Source: Mobula hypostoma
Lineage: Eukaryota
Assembly: GCF_963921235.1 (NCBI RefSeq)
Contig: NC_086097.1
Coordinates: 171,494,001-171,558,000, forward strand
DNA length: 64,000 nt
Direction of reading: 5' to 3'
Shown here one piece after another: positions 15,624 to 28,221 of this stretch. Both the position numbers and the translations under genes were made by a program. The notes beneath the pieces were generated by a model, which saw only the letters and a program-made list of their open reading frames with translations, ran no database searches and was not told the DNA's origin. The stretch's first letter is position 1, and each line of letters starts with the position of its first letter.

Positions 15624-15809
15624 GAAAGAATCTTACAGAATAGAAATAATATCCTCAGAGTACTGAGTTCACACTGACAAACAAGAATCCATTTACACAT
15701 AACCTATAAAAAAACATTTTCATTCTCTCCACTGCCCCTAGATTCTACTACTCACTTACACACAAGTTAGTCACCAATTAACCCAGCAGTGTGTAAGATT
15801 TAATTACAT

Positions 15810-18670
15810 CCTCTCAGCTGGTCATCACTGAGAGAAGATGGCCCCAGTGCCTATCAGATGCATCCACCTCTACCACAAATCTTCCAGAGGGGTTTGAATG
15901 GCAGAGAACAGGAGTGGTGGTGAAATGTCCCTTGACTCCTCAAAAGCATTGTCTGTGCCAACAGACCTGATTATCTGTGAGGGAGGTAAGAGCCACAGTA
16001 ATTTGGCTGAGGAAACAACTGTAGAAGTTGGAGAAGCCCGAGAAGTGATGTAGCTGATTGAGGGAACAGTATGGGGGGGCCATTCAATGATAACAGACAA
16101 CCTCTCTGGGTCCGTGGTTATGCTTTGGGGTGAAAGGATGTAACACAGGAAGGAAATGACTGGGATGCAGAACTGGCACTTCTCTAACTTGCAGTAGAGT
16201 TGGCTTTCGAGGAGACATTGAAGGACTGTGCAGATGTGACGGATGTGGTCTTGGCGTTCCTTGGAGAAGATTAGGGTGTCGTTGAGGTAGACAAACACAT
16301 AGCTGTGTAGCACGTCTCAGAAAATCTCTTGAATGATGGCTTGGGAAATGACTGAAGTGTTGGATATTCTGAAAGGCAGTACTCGTGGTGGCCAGTGGGT
16401 GTTATAAATGCCATCTTCCACTCATCCCCCTGGTGGTTGCAGATTAGGTTGTACGTACTCCAGTCTGGTAAAGATCTGGACCCCATGGCGTGTTTTAAAT
16501 GTGCTATCAATCAAGGGGCGAGCGTAGCAGTACTTAATGGTGATTTTGTTGAGTTTATGATAATCAATGCAGGGACAGAGACCCACAACTTTCTTTTAGA
16601 CAAAGAATAATCCTGCACTGGTTGAATGAAGCCATGCTGTAGTGCTTCAGCAATGTAGTCATTAATGGCTTCGCCTCAAGAGGGGAGGGGGAGAACAGAT
16701 GACCTCGGGGGGAGTGATTGCACAGCCGTGTGGTCTGTGAGGCAGCAGGTTCTCACTTTCCTTTTACTGAGGTTGATGGCTAAGTCGTAGTGTTCCTGCT
16801 GGAGTTTGGTGAAGTTGAGGGTTTACTCCATCTTCAGATGTACAGCATGAACATCTTGTAGGTTTTTGCAAGTGAATTGATGTGAGGCATTTAAAGTTTA
16901 CAAAAAAGAAAGAGAACAACATATTTATTGAACATCAAAACCTGAACGCAAATTGTGTTGAAGTCCTTTACGTTACCATATCATCACGTCAGACCAGCCT
17001 CTTAAAGTGAACCCCAACTCATCGTTAGTGGTTATGAATTATGTGCGTTTCCACCAACTACATTACCCTACAAACTGAGTTTGCAGGCAGGTGGGTCCCC
17101 ACCTCAGCAGCGAACCAGATGATGAGGCGAAGTGAGGGTTGTGAGTAGAGACCAGGGGCTACTCAAGATGAGAGGAGTGTTGTGTGAGTCAATAAGGAGG
17201 AACTGGGTGGATTCACAGTACTCCCCGATACTCAAATGCCCAGCCTGTGAGCACACTCTGACTATCCCAAACACCAAAGGACATTTGTCAATGGCCGTAC
17301 TGCAGAAGGGGTGAGAGATAGGCTCGGTGGGGAGTCCACAGTGCACACATAGAGTCCTGTCTCGAAAGTTGTCTGATGCGCTGGAATCCACCAGAGTCTC
17401 CTGTGTGCATAGAGCTGTTGGGGTGTGGAGGAGGATGGAGGGGGTGAGTCAGGCATCGGTGCTGGAATGAGAGACTGGAGAGTGCTTTCCAGATAAAAAC
17501 CCCCTCATCTCTACCTGGTGGAGTTGTTTTCACAGACAGAGTGGCTCTGCGGTGAGTGCACAAGTTGTTTCTCCACTGATGTTCATGCTTTTCTGGGGGT
17601 TAAGAGAGTTCTCTCTGACTGCATGGGTTCTGGATGCATTGATAATGAGGGTTCTGCAGCCTGAAATTGTTCTGGGAATGGAACTGGGGTGCTGGCTGAT
17701 GATGTAGAGGGTTGTTCCATAAGACCCTTGTCAACATGGACAGCCAGAGCGATAAGGCTTTGAAGGTTGTTCGGTATTTCCCAGGTAGACAGTTCATCTT
17801 TCAAGTGGTCTGAGAGTCTGTGACAGTAATGGGCCAGCAGCACTTTTCCATCCCAGTTACACTCCACTGCGAGGGTTGTGAATTCCTCCGTGTAATCCAG
17901 CACGAAGCGTTAAGTGTTGGGACTGGCCAAGTATCCAATCTGCCTTCTCCTTTCTACTTCTTGGATGGTTGAAAATTCAGCGCATCTCAGCAGTGAAACC
18001 CTCATACTTCTTGCAGATGGTGGTTTTATTGACCCATTTAGCGGTAGGCCAGATCCGAGCATACTCAGTCTAGAGAGATGACAAAGGCAGTCTGGCTCGG
18101 TCCATGGAATACAGAGCTGGCTACAACTCGAAGTGAAAGGTGCACTGGGACAGGAAGTGAGGCATCAGGATGGGGATCTGTCAATGTGTTTGGGCACCAG
18201 GATCCATGGCTCTGAGGGAGGTTGACTGGCATGGCGTTGCTGTAATAAGACGGAAAGTTGGTTGAGAGTGACGAACAGATGGTCAATGGTTTTCTGCTGC
18301 TCCTGCATCATGTGTTCATGTCAGCTGATGACTTCCTTGAGGCGAGCATATTCTGCTAAGTAAATCACCAGTTCACCCACCCTGTCGGGAAATGTAGAGG
18401 AGACGACCCAAATGCAGAGCAGCAGAGATGATTTAGCAGTGAGCAATAACTTTACTGATAAACTGCATAATAACAAGCCACAAGGGGCCCTGAAACAAGA
18501 GATAATGGATAGTTAACATGACAAAGCAACTGAAGACTAGGAGCATGGTTGGTTTGAATAAGTGAACAAGGATTGTGGACGAGAGCTGGGTTTAAGTGGA
18601 CTGCAGGGGATGAGTTAGAAACGTGGCAGATGATTCGTGTTAGCCGGGTGGAGATTGGGATGTGTCTGCC
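15810..18670 (-). mobile_element. Ty3/Gypsy (Sushi-like) LTR retrotransposon, decayed and 3'-truncated: gag, protease, RT, start of RNase H
   Basis: Gag DYTEEFTTLAVECNWD..LSDHLKDEL..LIALAVHVD (17583-17903); protease-like DSSASDNF (~17390); RT GDEWKMAFITPTGHHEY and VYLNDTLIFS..LYCKLEKCQF; RNase H VEVDASD (~15855-15875). Putative 5' LTR at ~18383-18670, ending ...GACA on the - strand. Confidence 0.9.
16857..17072 (-). mobile_element. Putative 216-bp solo LTR nested in the Gypsy pol region
   Basis: Inverted termini TGTAGG...CCTACA; AATAAA on the - strand (16924-16929); AT-rich interruption between protease and RT. TSD imperfect (atct/aact). Confidence 0.6.
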
Positions 18671-19549
18671 AGTATAGATGCATTTGGGGCATTTAAGAGT
18701 CTCTTAGATAGGAACATAGATGAAAGAAAAATGGAAAGTTATGCGCTGTGTAGGAGGGAAGGGTTCAGTTGATAATGGAGTAGGTTAAAATGTCAGCACT
18801 AGATCGTTGGCTGAAGGGCTCATATTGTACAATTTTCTGTTGGAGAAAATTAAAGTACCCAGTGGAAACCCATATAGTCGGAGGGAAAATGTGTAAACCC
18901 TACGCAGAGAACATTGGAGGTCACGATTAAACCCAGGTCATAGGAACTGTGAGGTGTCAGTGCTACTGTGCTGCCTGTTTCTTTGTGTCACCAATACCAG
19001 CATTCAGAAAAAGGAGCTTCCAGTAAAATTAAGCATAAATGTATAGAGACAAGAGCTCAGAAATATTCAGACCGTAGGACAAAGAACAGCACAGCATGGT
19101 AACAAGACCTTCAGCCTACAGTATTTGCGTCAATAATGCTAACATTTTAAACTAATTCTAACTGCCTGCATATATTCAGGTTCCTCTACTCCCTACCTGT
19201 TCACGTGCCCATCTAAATATCTTTCAAATATTCTATCATATCTGCATCCACCACTACCCCTGGCAGAGCAATCCAGGCACCTCCTATTCTCAGTGTTAGA
19301 TAAAACTTGTATCATAAATCTCTTTTACAGTCACCTCTCTTACCTTAAAAGATATTTTCACTCCGGGTAAGAGAAGCTGCCCTTTCTATGCCTTTCATAA
19401 TTTTGTAAACTTCTATCAGGTCACCCCTCAGCCTTCAATGTTTTTGAGAAAATAATCCTAGTTTGTCCAGACTCACATTCAGGCAATATCCTGAAGAACA
19501 TCTTCAGCACCTCTGCAAGCCTTGGTATACGCTCTGTGATGGGGAGACA

Positions 19550-19632
19550 GACTTTGTGTGATCATGTGACCAGCAGATTCACACAGAGCTGCACACACTG
19601 ACTTTGTGTGATCATGTGACCAGCAGATTCAC
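19550..19632. repeat. Exact 33-bp direct repeat, period 50 bp
   Basis: gactttgtgtgatcatgtgaccagcagattcac at 19550-19582 and 19600-19632. Confidence 0.95.
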
Positions 19633-20094
19633 TTGATGAGCTCGCTGGCATTGATTTCCACCGTATTCTGTCTATCATATTGCAGTGTATTGATGTTGTA
19701 CAATACTTAAATATGCTCGGAGCTGTAAGGGTCTGCAGATGCTGGAACCTGGAGCATCAAACAATATGCTGCAATAACTCAATGGATCAAGCATCATCTC
19801 TGCAAGTAAAAGAAATGTCCATATTTTGAGTCATGGCTTGAGCAAGGTTTTGACCCAAAGCATTAACATTTCCTTTCTCCCCACAGATTCAACTTGACCT
19901 GCTGATTTACTCCAACAGATTGCTTGTTATTGTGATGAATTCATCCTGTCAGTAAACAGCATAAGTACTTCATGCTCTATAGTTGCTGTTCATAACAAAT
20001 TACGGACACTTGTTCACGGTTTCTGGTGTCTTCATGTTATTGTTATTTGTGCTCATGCAAACTAACTGTCCTAAACTTGTTGCAGTTCACCTCC

Positions 20095-20570
20095 AGGTAG
20101 GAGAGAGATGAATTAAAGAGCTGGGAAGTTGATTGGGAAAGAGATACAGGGCTGGAGAAGGGGGAATCTAACAGGAGAGGACAAAAGGCCATGGAAGAAA
20201 GAAAAGGGGGAGGAGCACCAGAGGGAGGTGATGGGCAGCCAAAGAGATAAGGTGAGAGAGGGAAAAGGGGATGGGGAATGGTGAAGGGGGGTATGCATTT
20301 CCAAAAGTTTGAGAAATCGATGTTAATGTCATCAGGTTGGAAGCTACACAGACCGGATCATACTGGAATGGGAAAGAGAAGTGGGAATAAGATGGGTAGC
20401 CACTGGGAGATCCTACTTTATCTGGTGGACACACCATAGGTGCTCAGCGATATACAGGAGGCCACACTGGGAGCACTGGATACAGTAGATGAGCCAACAG
20501 ACTCACAAGTGAAGTGTTGCCTCACCTGGAAGAACTGTTGTGGCCCTGAATGGTAGTGAAGGAACAGGTG
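20095..20570 (-). mobile_element. Penelope-like element fragment (GIY-YIG region plus pyrimidine-rich 3' region)
   Basis: GPQQFFQVRQHFTCES followed by a decayed Cys/GIY-like segment. Related relics at ~8120-8260 and ~13880-14420 (+). Confidence 0.65.
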
Positions 20571-20817
20571 TAGTTCAACAACAATTTCGTCCCCACTGTC
20601 ATCAGGTTCTTGAATCAACCTGTAAAACCCTCCTTTTACCTTGGTCTATTTTCCCTCAACTTATACTGATATTGTTATGTTCATATTTGTTTATTGTGAC
20701 TGTAAGTTAACTAATTTATGTTAATATAAGTTGAAGTTAATTTAGGGCTGTCAAGTTTGTAATGTACTGTGCTGCTGCAAAAAAAACCTAAAAAAACCCT
20801 AAATTTCATGGCATATG

Positions 20818-21356
20818 CCAGCTTCGCTGCCGCTGCTACTGTGTGGTAACCAGTATCTCCGGAGCTGAAGGCCCCGAAGTCCTCGGCTTTGCGTGTTTCA
20901 GCGGCCGGGGAGAGGTCGAAGGCACTCGGCAGAGGATGGCGCTCGGGAGGCTGTATTAGAGAGGCTGGTTGGAAGCTCGAAGTTTTCGGACGGATGGACT
21001 CAGTGTCGGCTGTGGTCGGCTGCTTCCAAGGCATTGGCAAGTTGACGGTACCTGGAGGTTTATGGCAGGGAGTTTCTCCCTTTTGCAGCCTGCTATCGGG
21101 GACTCGGAAGTCGATCGACTCGGGGACTTTTGAGACTTTATTTACCGTGCCCATGGTTTGTTCTTCATCAAATTATGATATTGCTTTGCACTGTTGTAAC
21201 TATATGCCATAATTACGTGGTTCTGTCAGTATTAGTCTTTGGTCTGTCCTGTTTTCTGTGATATCACTCCGGAGAAACATTGTATCATTTCTTAATACAT
21301 GTATGCATTTCTAAATGGCAATAAAAGAGGACTGAGTGTTCTCATAATCTAATCTA
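20818..21356 (+). mobile_element. CpG-rich non-autonomous retroelement with (AATCT)n tail
   Basis: atatg duplicated at 20813-20817 and 21357-21361; AATAAA then ctcataatctaatctaat; high CpG retention. Confidence 0.7.
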
Positions 21357-22132
21357 ATATGTACCCAGGGTAAGCATGCCCATGACAATAAACTTGAACT
21401 TGAAATACAGTTTAAGGGTGATCAGAATTTCTGCCTCTCTCACTTCTTCAGGCAATGAGATCCCCATCACCAGCACCTGTGGGGTGAAAATATTTTTAAA
21501 CTCACCTCCCCTCTAATCTTCTATAGGATCATTTTAAATCTCTACCCTGGCTTTTGACTCCACTGCTAAGTGAAATTTGTCTCTCCTGTTCACTCGATTG
21601 TGGCCTCTTGTAATTTTATACATCTCAATTAAGTCTCACTCATTCTCTTCTCTCCCAAAGGAACAACCACATCTATCATAAGAGCTACAAATGTTTCTGC
21701 CTTGGTAACCTCTTCATAAATCTTCAATGAAATCATCTTGTTTCAGTAACGTGGTGATCCAAGCTGCATACTCATAGAATCGTAAAGACATACAGCACAG
21801 GAAGAGGTTGTCTTCCCAGCTCGGGGATATGCAACAGCCAAAAAAACACTAGTTCGGTCATAGGAAGAGTGTGCGAGCTCCACACAGGCAATACTGGATC
21901 TCAGGATTGAACCTGGGTCACTGGAGCTGCAGGATGGTAGCCATACACGCTAGCTGTGTCACTATGCTCTGGTCTAACTAATGTTGAATACATTTCTTGC
22001 ATGACTTTACATTCTGCAGTAAAGGAAATCATTAAAAAACTAACTGCAAGCATTGGAAATCTTAAACCAGGGAGGCACTCAGCAGATCAGACAGCATCCA
22101 TGGGGAGAGAAACAGAGTCAATGTTTTGGGTT

Positions 22133-22945
22133 TATACTTTATACTTTACACTTTATTGTTGCCAAACAATTGGTACCACAACGTACAATCATCACGGTGA
22201 TATTTGATTCTGCGCTTCACACTCCCTGGATTACAAATATTAAATATTAAAAATAGTTAAAATTAGTAAATATTAAAAATTTAAATTATAAATCATAAAT
22301 AGAAAATAGAAAAATGGTAAGTAAGTTAGTGCAAAAAAAGCGAGAGGTAGATCGGGATATTTGGAGGGTACGGCCCAGATTTGGGTCAGGATCCGTTCAG
22401 CAGTCTTATCACAATTGGAAAGAAGCTGCTCCCAAATCGGGCCGTACCAGTCTTCAAGCTCCTGAACCTTCTCCCGGCGGGAAGAGGGACGAAAAGTCTG
22501 TTGGCTGGGTGGGTTGTGTCCTTGACTATCCTGGCAGCACTGCTCCGACAGCGTGGGGTGTAAAGTGAGTCCACGGACGGGAGATTGGTTTGCTTGATGT
22601 GCTACGCCGTGTTCACGATCTTCTGCAGCTTCTTTCGGTCTTGGACAGGACAACGTTCATACCAGGTTGTGATGCACCCTAGAAGAATGCTTTCTACAGT
22701 GCATCTATAAAAATTAGTGAGGGTTTTAGGGGATAGGCAAAATTTCTTTAGTTCTCTCAGGAAGTAAAGGCGCTGGTGGGCCTTCTTGGCAGTGAACTCT
22801 GCTTGATTGGACCAAGTCAGGTCATTTGTGATATTGATCCCGAAGAACTTAATGCTTTTGACCTGTTCCACTTGCACACCACCGATGTAAATGGGGTCGT
22901 GCAGTCCGCTACTCCTTCTGAAGTCAACAACCAATTCCTTTGTCA
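22133..22945 (-). mobile_element. Rex1/Babar-type LINE, 5'-truncated
   Basis: TKELVVDFRR..KKAHQRLYFLRELKKF..FYRCTVESIL.GCIT.WY..IVKDTTHPA..LPAGRRFRSL; tail reads tatacttt repeats on the + strand. Confidence 0.9.
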
Positions 22946-25900
22946 TTCTGATTTCATTCCTCTTTATGCTTTGTGCCTTGCACCATGGTTAATAAAGAAA
23001 GATCCCATAGGTTATCTTAACTATATTCCAACCTATTCAACAGCAGTTATGGATCCGTACACATCAAGTTCAAGGACATGCTCAGGTTTATTGACATTCA
23101 ACTGTACACGAGTATGAGACTAAATGAAACAATGTTCCTCTAGGACCAAGGTGCAAAACATAGTATATATATCACATACAAAACACACAATTATACCAAT
23201 ACAAGTAACAGATAATGCAAAAATATTCTGTCGATGTACAAGTTGACAAAAAGTACACGTACAACCTAGAGGTAAATATGCCACATTATTAATATTACTA
23301 GCACTGTCATAAGTAATATGTACTGGGTGGTAGCAGGGTGTTGAGAAGTCTCACAGCCTGGGGAAGAAGCTACTACCCAGCCTAACAGTCCTTGTCCTTA
23401 TTTCTGTAGTACTGTACCTTCTGTTTGATGGTAAGAAGTTAAAGAGATTGTGGGACTTTCTACAATCTACTTCTTTCATCCTTTGTTAATCTCACTAACA
23501 ATTTTGATTCAGCTGGGAAAATCATTACTGTGCTAAATTAATTCTAGATCAGTATGAGTGGGACTGGAATATTAGCTCCAAGGAATCTCACAGATAGCAA
23601 TCTTCCAGTCATGAAAGTATCTATCAATTATCATCTCTATTTCCTGCCTTTAAGCCAACTGTAGATGTAGCTTGGGGCAAAAAATAAATTGTAGGAAGAA
23701 CTCAGCAGGTCAAGATGCAAAGAGATGATCAACATTTCAAGTCGTAGACCTTGCATCAGGACAACACAAGGCTCCCCACCATTGAGGACATCTTCAAGAT
23801 GCCTCAAGAAGGCAACATCCATCATTAAGGATACCCAACACCCTGGACATACATGAAGTACCAATGCCTTAAGATGCACACTCAATGTTTTAGGAACGGC
23901 TTCTTCCCTTCTGACGTCCAGTTTCTGAATGTTTCATGAACACTAGCTCACTATTCCTCTTTTGCACTAATTATTTAATCTGTTTGTTTGCTTGTTTATT
24001 TATTTATTATTGTAACATAATAAATGTTTATATCTTGCACTGTACTGCTGCCAGAGAACAGCAAATTTCATGGTATATGTCAGTGATAGTAAACCTGATT
24101 CTGCAGATGTTGGAATCTAGTGCAAAAATTCAAACTGCTGGAAGAACTCAGTGGGTCAATCAGCAACTGTGGAGGCAAAAGAATGGTAGATATTTTGGAT
24201 TTAGATCCAATTCTCCCCACTCGCCTTTAAATTTGCAATGGTTTGTATTTGTTTCACCAGCTTGCCATGTAGGACTTCGGTAAACCTTTGCTGAACTTCA
24301 TGAAGATCACATTAAAATGACTGCCGTCACTAACACACCTTGTTATCTCCTCAGGAAATCCAATCATGACGCACATTCATGCTAACTTCCCCTGACTAGT
24401 CTGGGCCTTTCCAAATGTACCTTATAATGGACTCCAATACATAAAAGCAGTCAAACCACCTGGTCACAATTACATGGTTTAACCCTTCACCCCCTTTTAA
24501 ATCGAGGTACAACACAAACTTTTGAAGTATTTGAAATTTTGAGTGCTTTTTGTGCCTTCTTTTACACTAGTCTTTTATACTTGTTCAAGATGCCCACCCA
24601 CTGATTGCAGTGGTTGACTACAGTCTCTTCCTACTGTCTTCATTTTCACAGGTGCTCCCGTGATGTTGAGTGTGTCTTATGTCCTACCCATAAATGAGTA
24701 TGTTAGAGAACCTACAGAGCTACAGTACAAAAATGGAAAGATTAAGTGATTCAATTCAGTACTTTACAATTGTGTATAGGCAGGTAGATGACTGGATATG
24801 TTCATTGACAATGTTTTTTTATGATAAATACACTTTCAAATAGATTAATGAAGCTGTACTAACTCCCTGTTCTTAAAAAATATTCAGACTTTTAACTTAA
24901 TAGGCTTGTTGTATTCCACTGCCAGATTTCACCAATGATCTCATATTGAGTATTATATGCAAACTTGAAAAGTGATCTAATCAACACAACTTCAAGAAGA
25001 ATTTGGACATTATTTCCTTATTATGTTCAAATATTGTCTCATTTTCACACATTAGTTAAAAATATCAGGTATACATTTTATACATTGTCAAATGTAAAAC
25101 ATTTTGTGGAAAAGCTCAGATTTCAGTATGAAGATTCTGATCAAATTCAAAAAAATTCCACGTTATCTCCATCAAGTATTATCTATAGTTCTGTCCAAAT
25201 TACATTGAATTAACTGGTTGCGTTTCATGCATAAACACTTAAAAGCTCTCAAGTATTTTCACTTACATCATGAATTGCTAATGTATTTGGAAAATTAAAT
25301 AGTATCACTTTGAATTTTACTCTCTGAACAAACAATGCGGAATATATTATTCAACTTACAATGATCCCACAGTATAAATACTGTAAGTAAAAATGCAGCA
25401 TGCTCAAAAATACTCAAGGACAGTTTACCTTGGATAGAATGTGCAGCAATTTGTTCCAGTCCACACATAAAGCTCATACAGACGTACAACCACAGGCAGA
25501 ACCGGCTTGAACTTTTCCTGTTCTGTGTATGTTTCTGTGGAGAACTATCCACTCTTGAAAGTTACCCAGCTGAAGAGTCCAGTTCTCCCAAAAAAGCATC
25601 TGGACAGTACACCTATCTAAGCATTCTTCTTGATGGTTTTGCTGGCTGTCAGCTCTTGTGTCCCGTGAGAAGTACTTGGCAGTCAGAAAAAGAACTTCTG
25701 TCATGCATGAGTCAGCCACTGCTGATTGTGATGCAGATAGCCCAAGCCAAGTGCAGTACAAATGGAATTTCTCCGAGAAAAATCAAGAGCTCATTGGGGG
25801 AAAAAATGAGCTAGTCTTGCAAAGAGGCAATTCATCCTGTGCTGAAGTACTTGCAAGTGCAAGGAATGTGTCTTTCATTCGGTGATTAGTCAGAGAGAAA

Positions 25901-28221
25901 GCGATCGGTTTAGGAACTGGGAGGAGGGCCTTCAAAGAAAACAGCAGCAAACTTTGCCTTTCCTCCTCCAACACTCTGACCATTATTCCTTTTGGAAACA
26001 TAACCGTCTATTACTCTGCGTAGCCCTAGGAATTCCTGGCCACAAGCTGCTCTGCTTTCATCCAATTCCTATTTACACACGTCTTTTAGAGCCAGCACAC
26101 TAGTGTCTGTATTTAAGTTCATGGACACCCTTGGAATGTAAATGCACGTGGTTAGAAGGTATGTCTCTTCGGTTAAGCACAGCACCAGCTCTGAATTCTA
26201 TGATTAAGTGGAATCAAAGAAATGTTTGTATTCCTTCTTGTGTTATTTTTAAAGGCAGGATTTGCTGATCTGGTGGTTTTTGCTCTCAGAGAAATATAGA
26301 AGCACAGAGCATGTATGGAAACCACTTGGTTCACCAGGTCTGCAATAATTCTTTGTGAGAGCAAGCTGATTAATAAAAACAGAAGATGCTGGAAGCAATT
26401 CAGTGAGTCAGGCAATATCTGCAGAGGGAGACAGAATTAACAATTGAAGGATATATGTTGAATAACTTTATTTTGGATTTCCAACATCTGCAATTTTTAA
26501 CAATTTCCAGTCATTTCCCTGACTTTCTCCCTATTCACAGTAAACCTTCCAAATACATTTCCACACTATTTTTGAAAGATGTTATTGAACGTGCTTCCTT
26601 TAGCGTGGACCAGTGTGGTCCAGACACCAGCAGCTCACTGCTTTAGACAAAAAAAAAGTGGTCTTTCCTTATCTACTTTGGGTACTTGAGCAAATTATTG
26701 CAATCAGGGTCCTTTAACACTGACCCTTCTGTCACTCAAAATTGTTTTTCCTGACACAGACACAATAGGCTGAAAGGCGTCCCTGTATACAGTAACTATT
26801 CTATGAGATTGGTGTCGTTAAGCATTTTGGTCAGCACTGATGAGAATCGGAATCAGTTTTACTATGGCGTGAAATTTGTTGTTTTGCGACTTAACTACAG
26901 CACATGGCCTGAGTCTGTCAGTGCTGGTAGAAGTATATGACATAAGCTATTTTGAACAGTTTATTGAACACCTCTCTATTCCAAAAGACTTAAGAAAGTT
27001 TGTCTGCATTTATAGCATAAACTGAGAAAAATCTTTAGCTGTTGCACTTCATTCTGTATTCCGTTATTGTTTTACCTTGTACTACCTCAGTCCACTGTTT
27101 TACTGGTGCATGAATGGTAATGCAAGACAAGCTATTCTCTGCACCTGAGTACATGTAACAATAGTAAACCAATTGATCAAGCTACCAGGCTTACTCCCAT
27201 TTTTCCAGCCTTGGGGAATCAAGAACAAGAATGCACAGGTTTAAGATGAGAGGGAAGAATTTGAAGGGCAGAAATTTTACACAGAGGATGGTACATTTAT
27301 GGAATGAACTGCCACAGGAAGCTGTTGATGCAATCAGAAGGAAAGTGTGCCAGAGTCTTCATTTTCTTCAGAGGTTAAGGGGTACAGTTTCTCATGGAGC
27401 AGTAACAAACTTCTACAGATAAAATGGTGGAAGAACTCCTGAATTTTGTGTGTGTTGCTTGGATTTCCAGCGTCTGCAGATTTTCTCTTGTTTGTGATTG
27501 GACAATTTCTATAGATGTACTGCTGAACATATCTTGACTGGTTGACCAGTTGTATCATGGTCTGGTACAGCAATTCAGATGTGCAGGAACATAGAAGCTG
27601 CAGAGATTTGTGAACTCAGTCCAGTATATCACATCCCTCCCCTCCAACAGTCATATCTACATTGCGTACTGCCTCAACAAGAGAACGTCTACCATCAAAG
27701 ATCTGCACTGTCTTCTTCCAGCTAACGTTGGGGCAGGTAGTACAGAAACCTGAAGTCCCACACCACCAAATTCAAGGACAGCTCCTTCCCTTCAACTAGC
27801 AAATCCCTAATCACTGTAGTTTAGAAATACTACGACCACTTCAACTACTTTGCACTGAAATGGACTTTGTTTTGTTTTTATAGTAATTGTGTATTCTTGT
27901 AAAAACATGCAATTGTGATGTTTAATTTTTGTTTTCTTCTGATGCTACGTGATGCTGTTGAAAGTAAGCTTCTCATTTCACCTCTACATAAATGTACTTG
28001 TGTAAATGACAATAGACTTGACTCTGACATTGATTCTGTCCTGGGGTTTAAATGGGAGAAAGGAAATATGATAAAATACTGTGGAAAATATTATATTTTT
28101 TATTCCTTGGAGTCTATATATGCTTCCTGATTTGAAAACAAGCTTTTTTTAAATTATTTAAACAGCAGCTTTTAAATGTCTTTGAATATCAGAAATATTT
28201 AAAAACCTTGTCAGCATTTCA

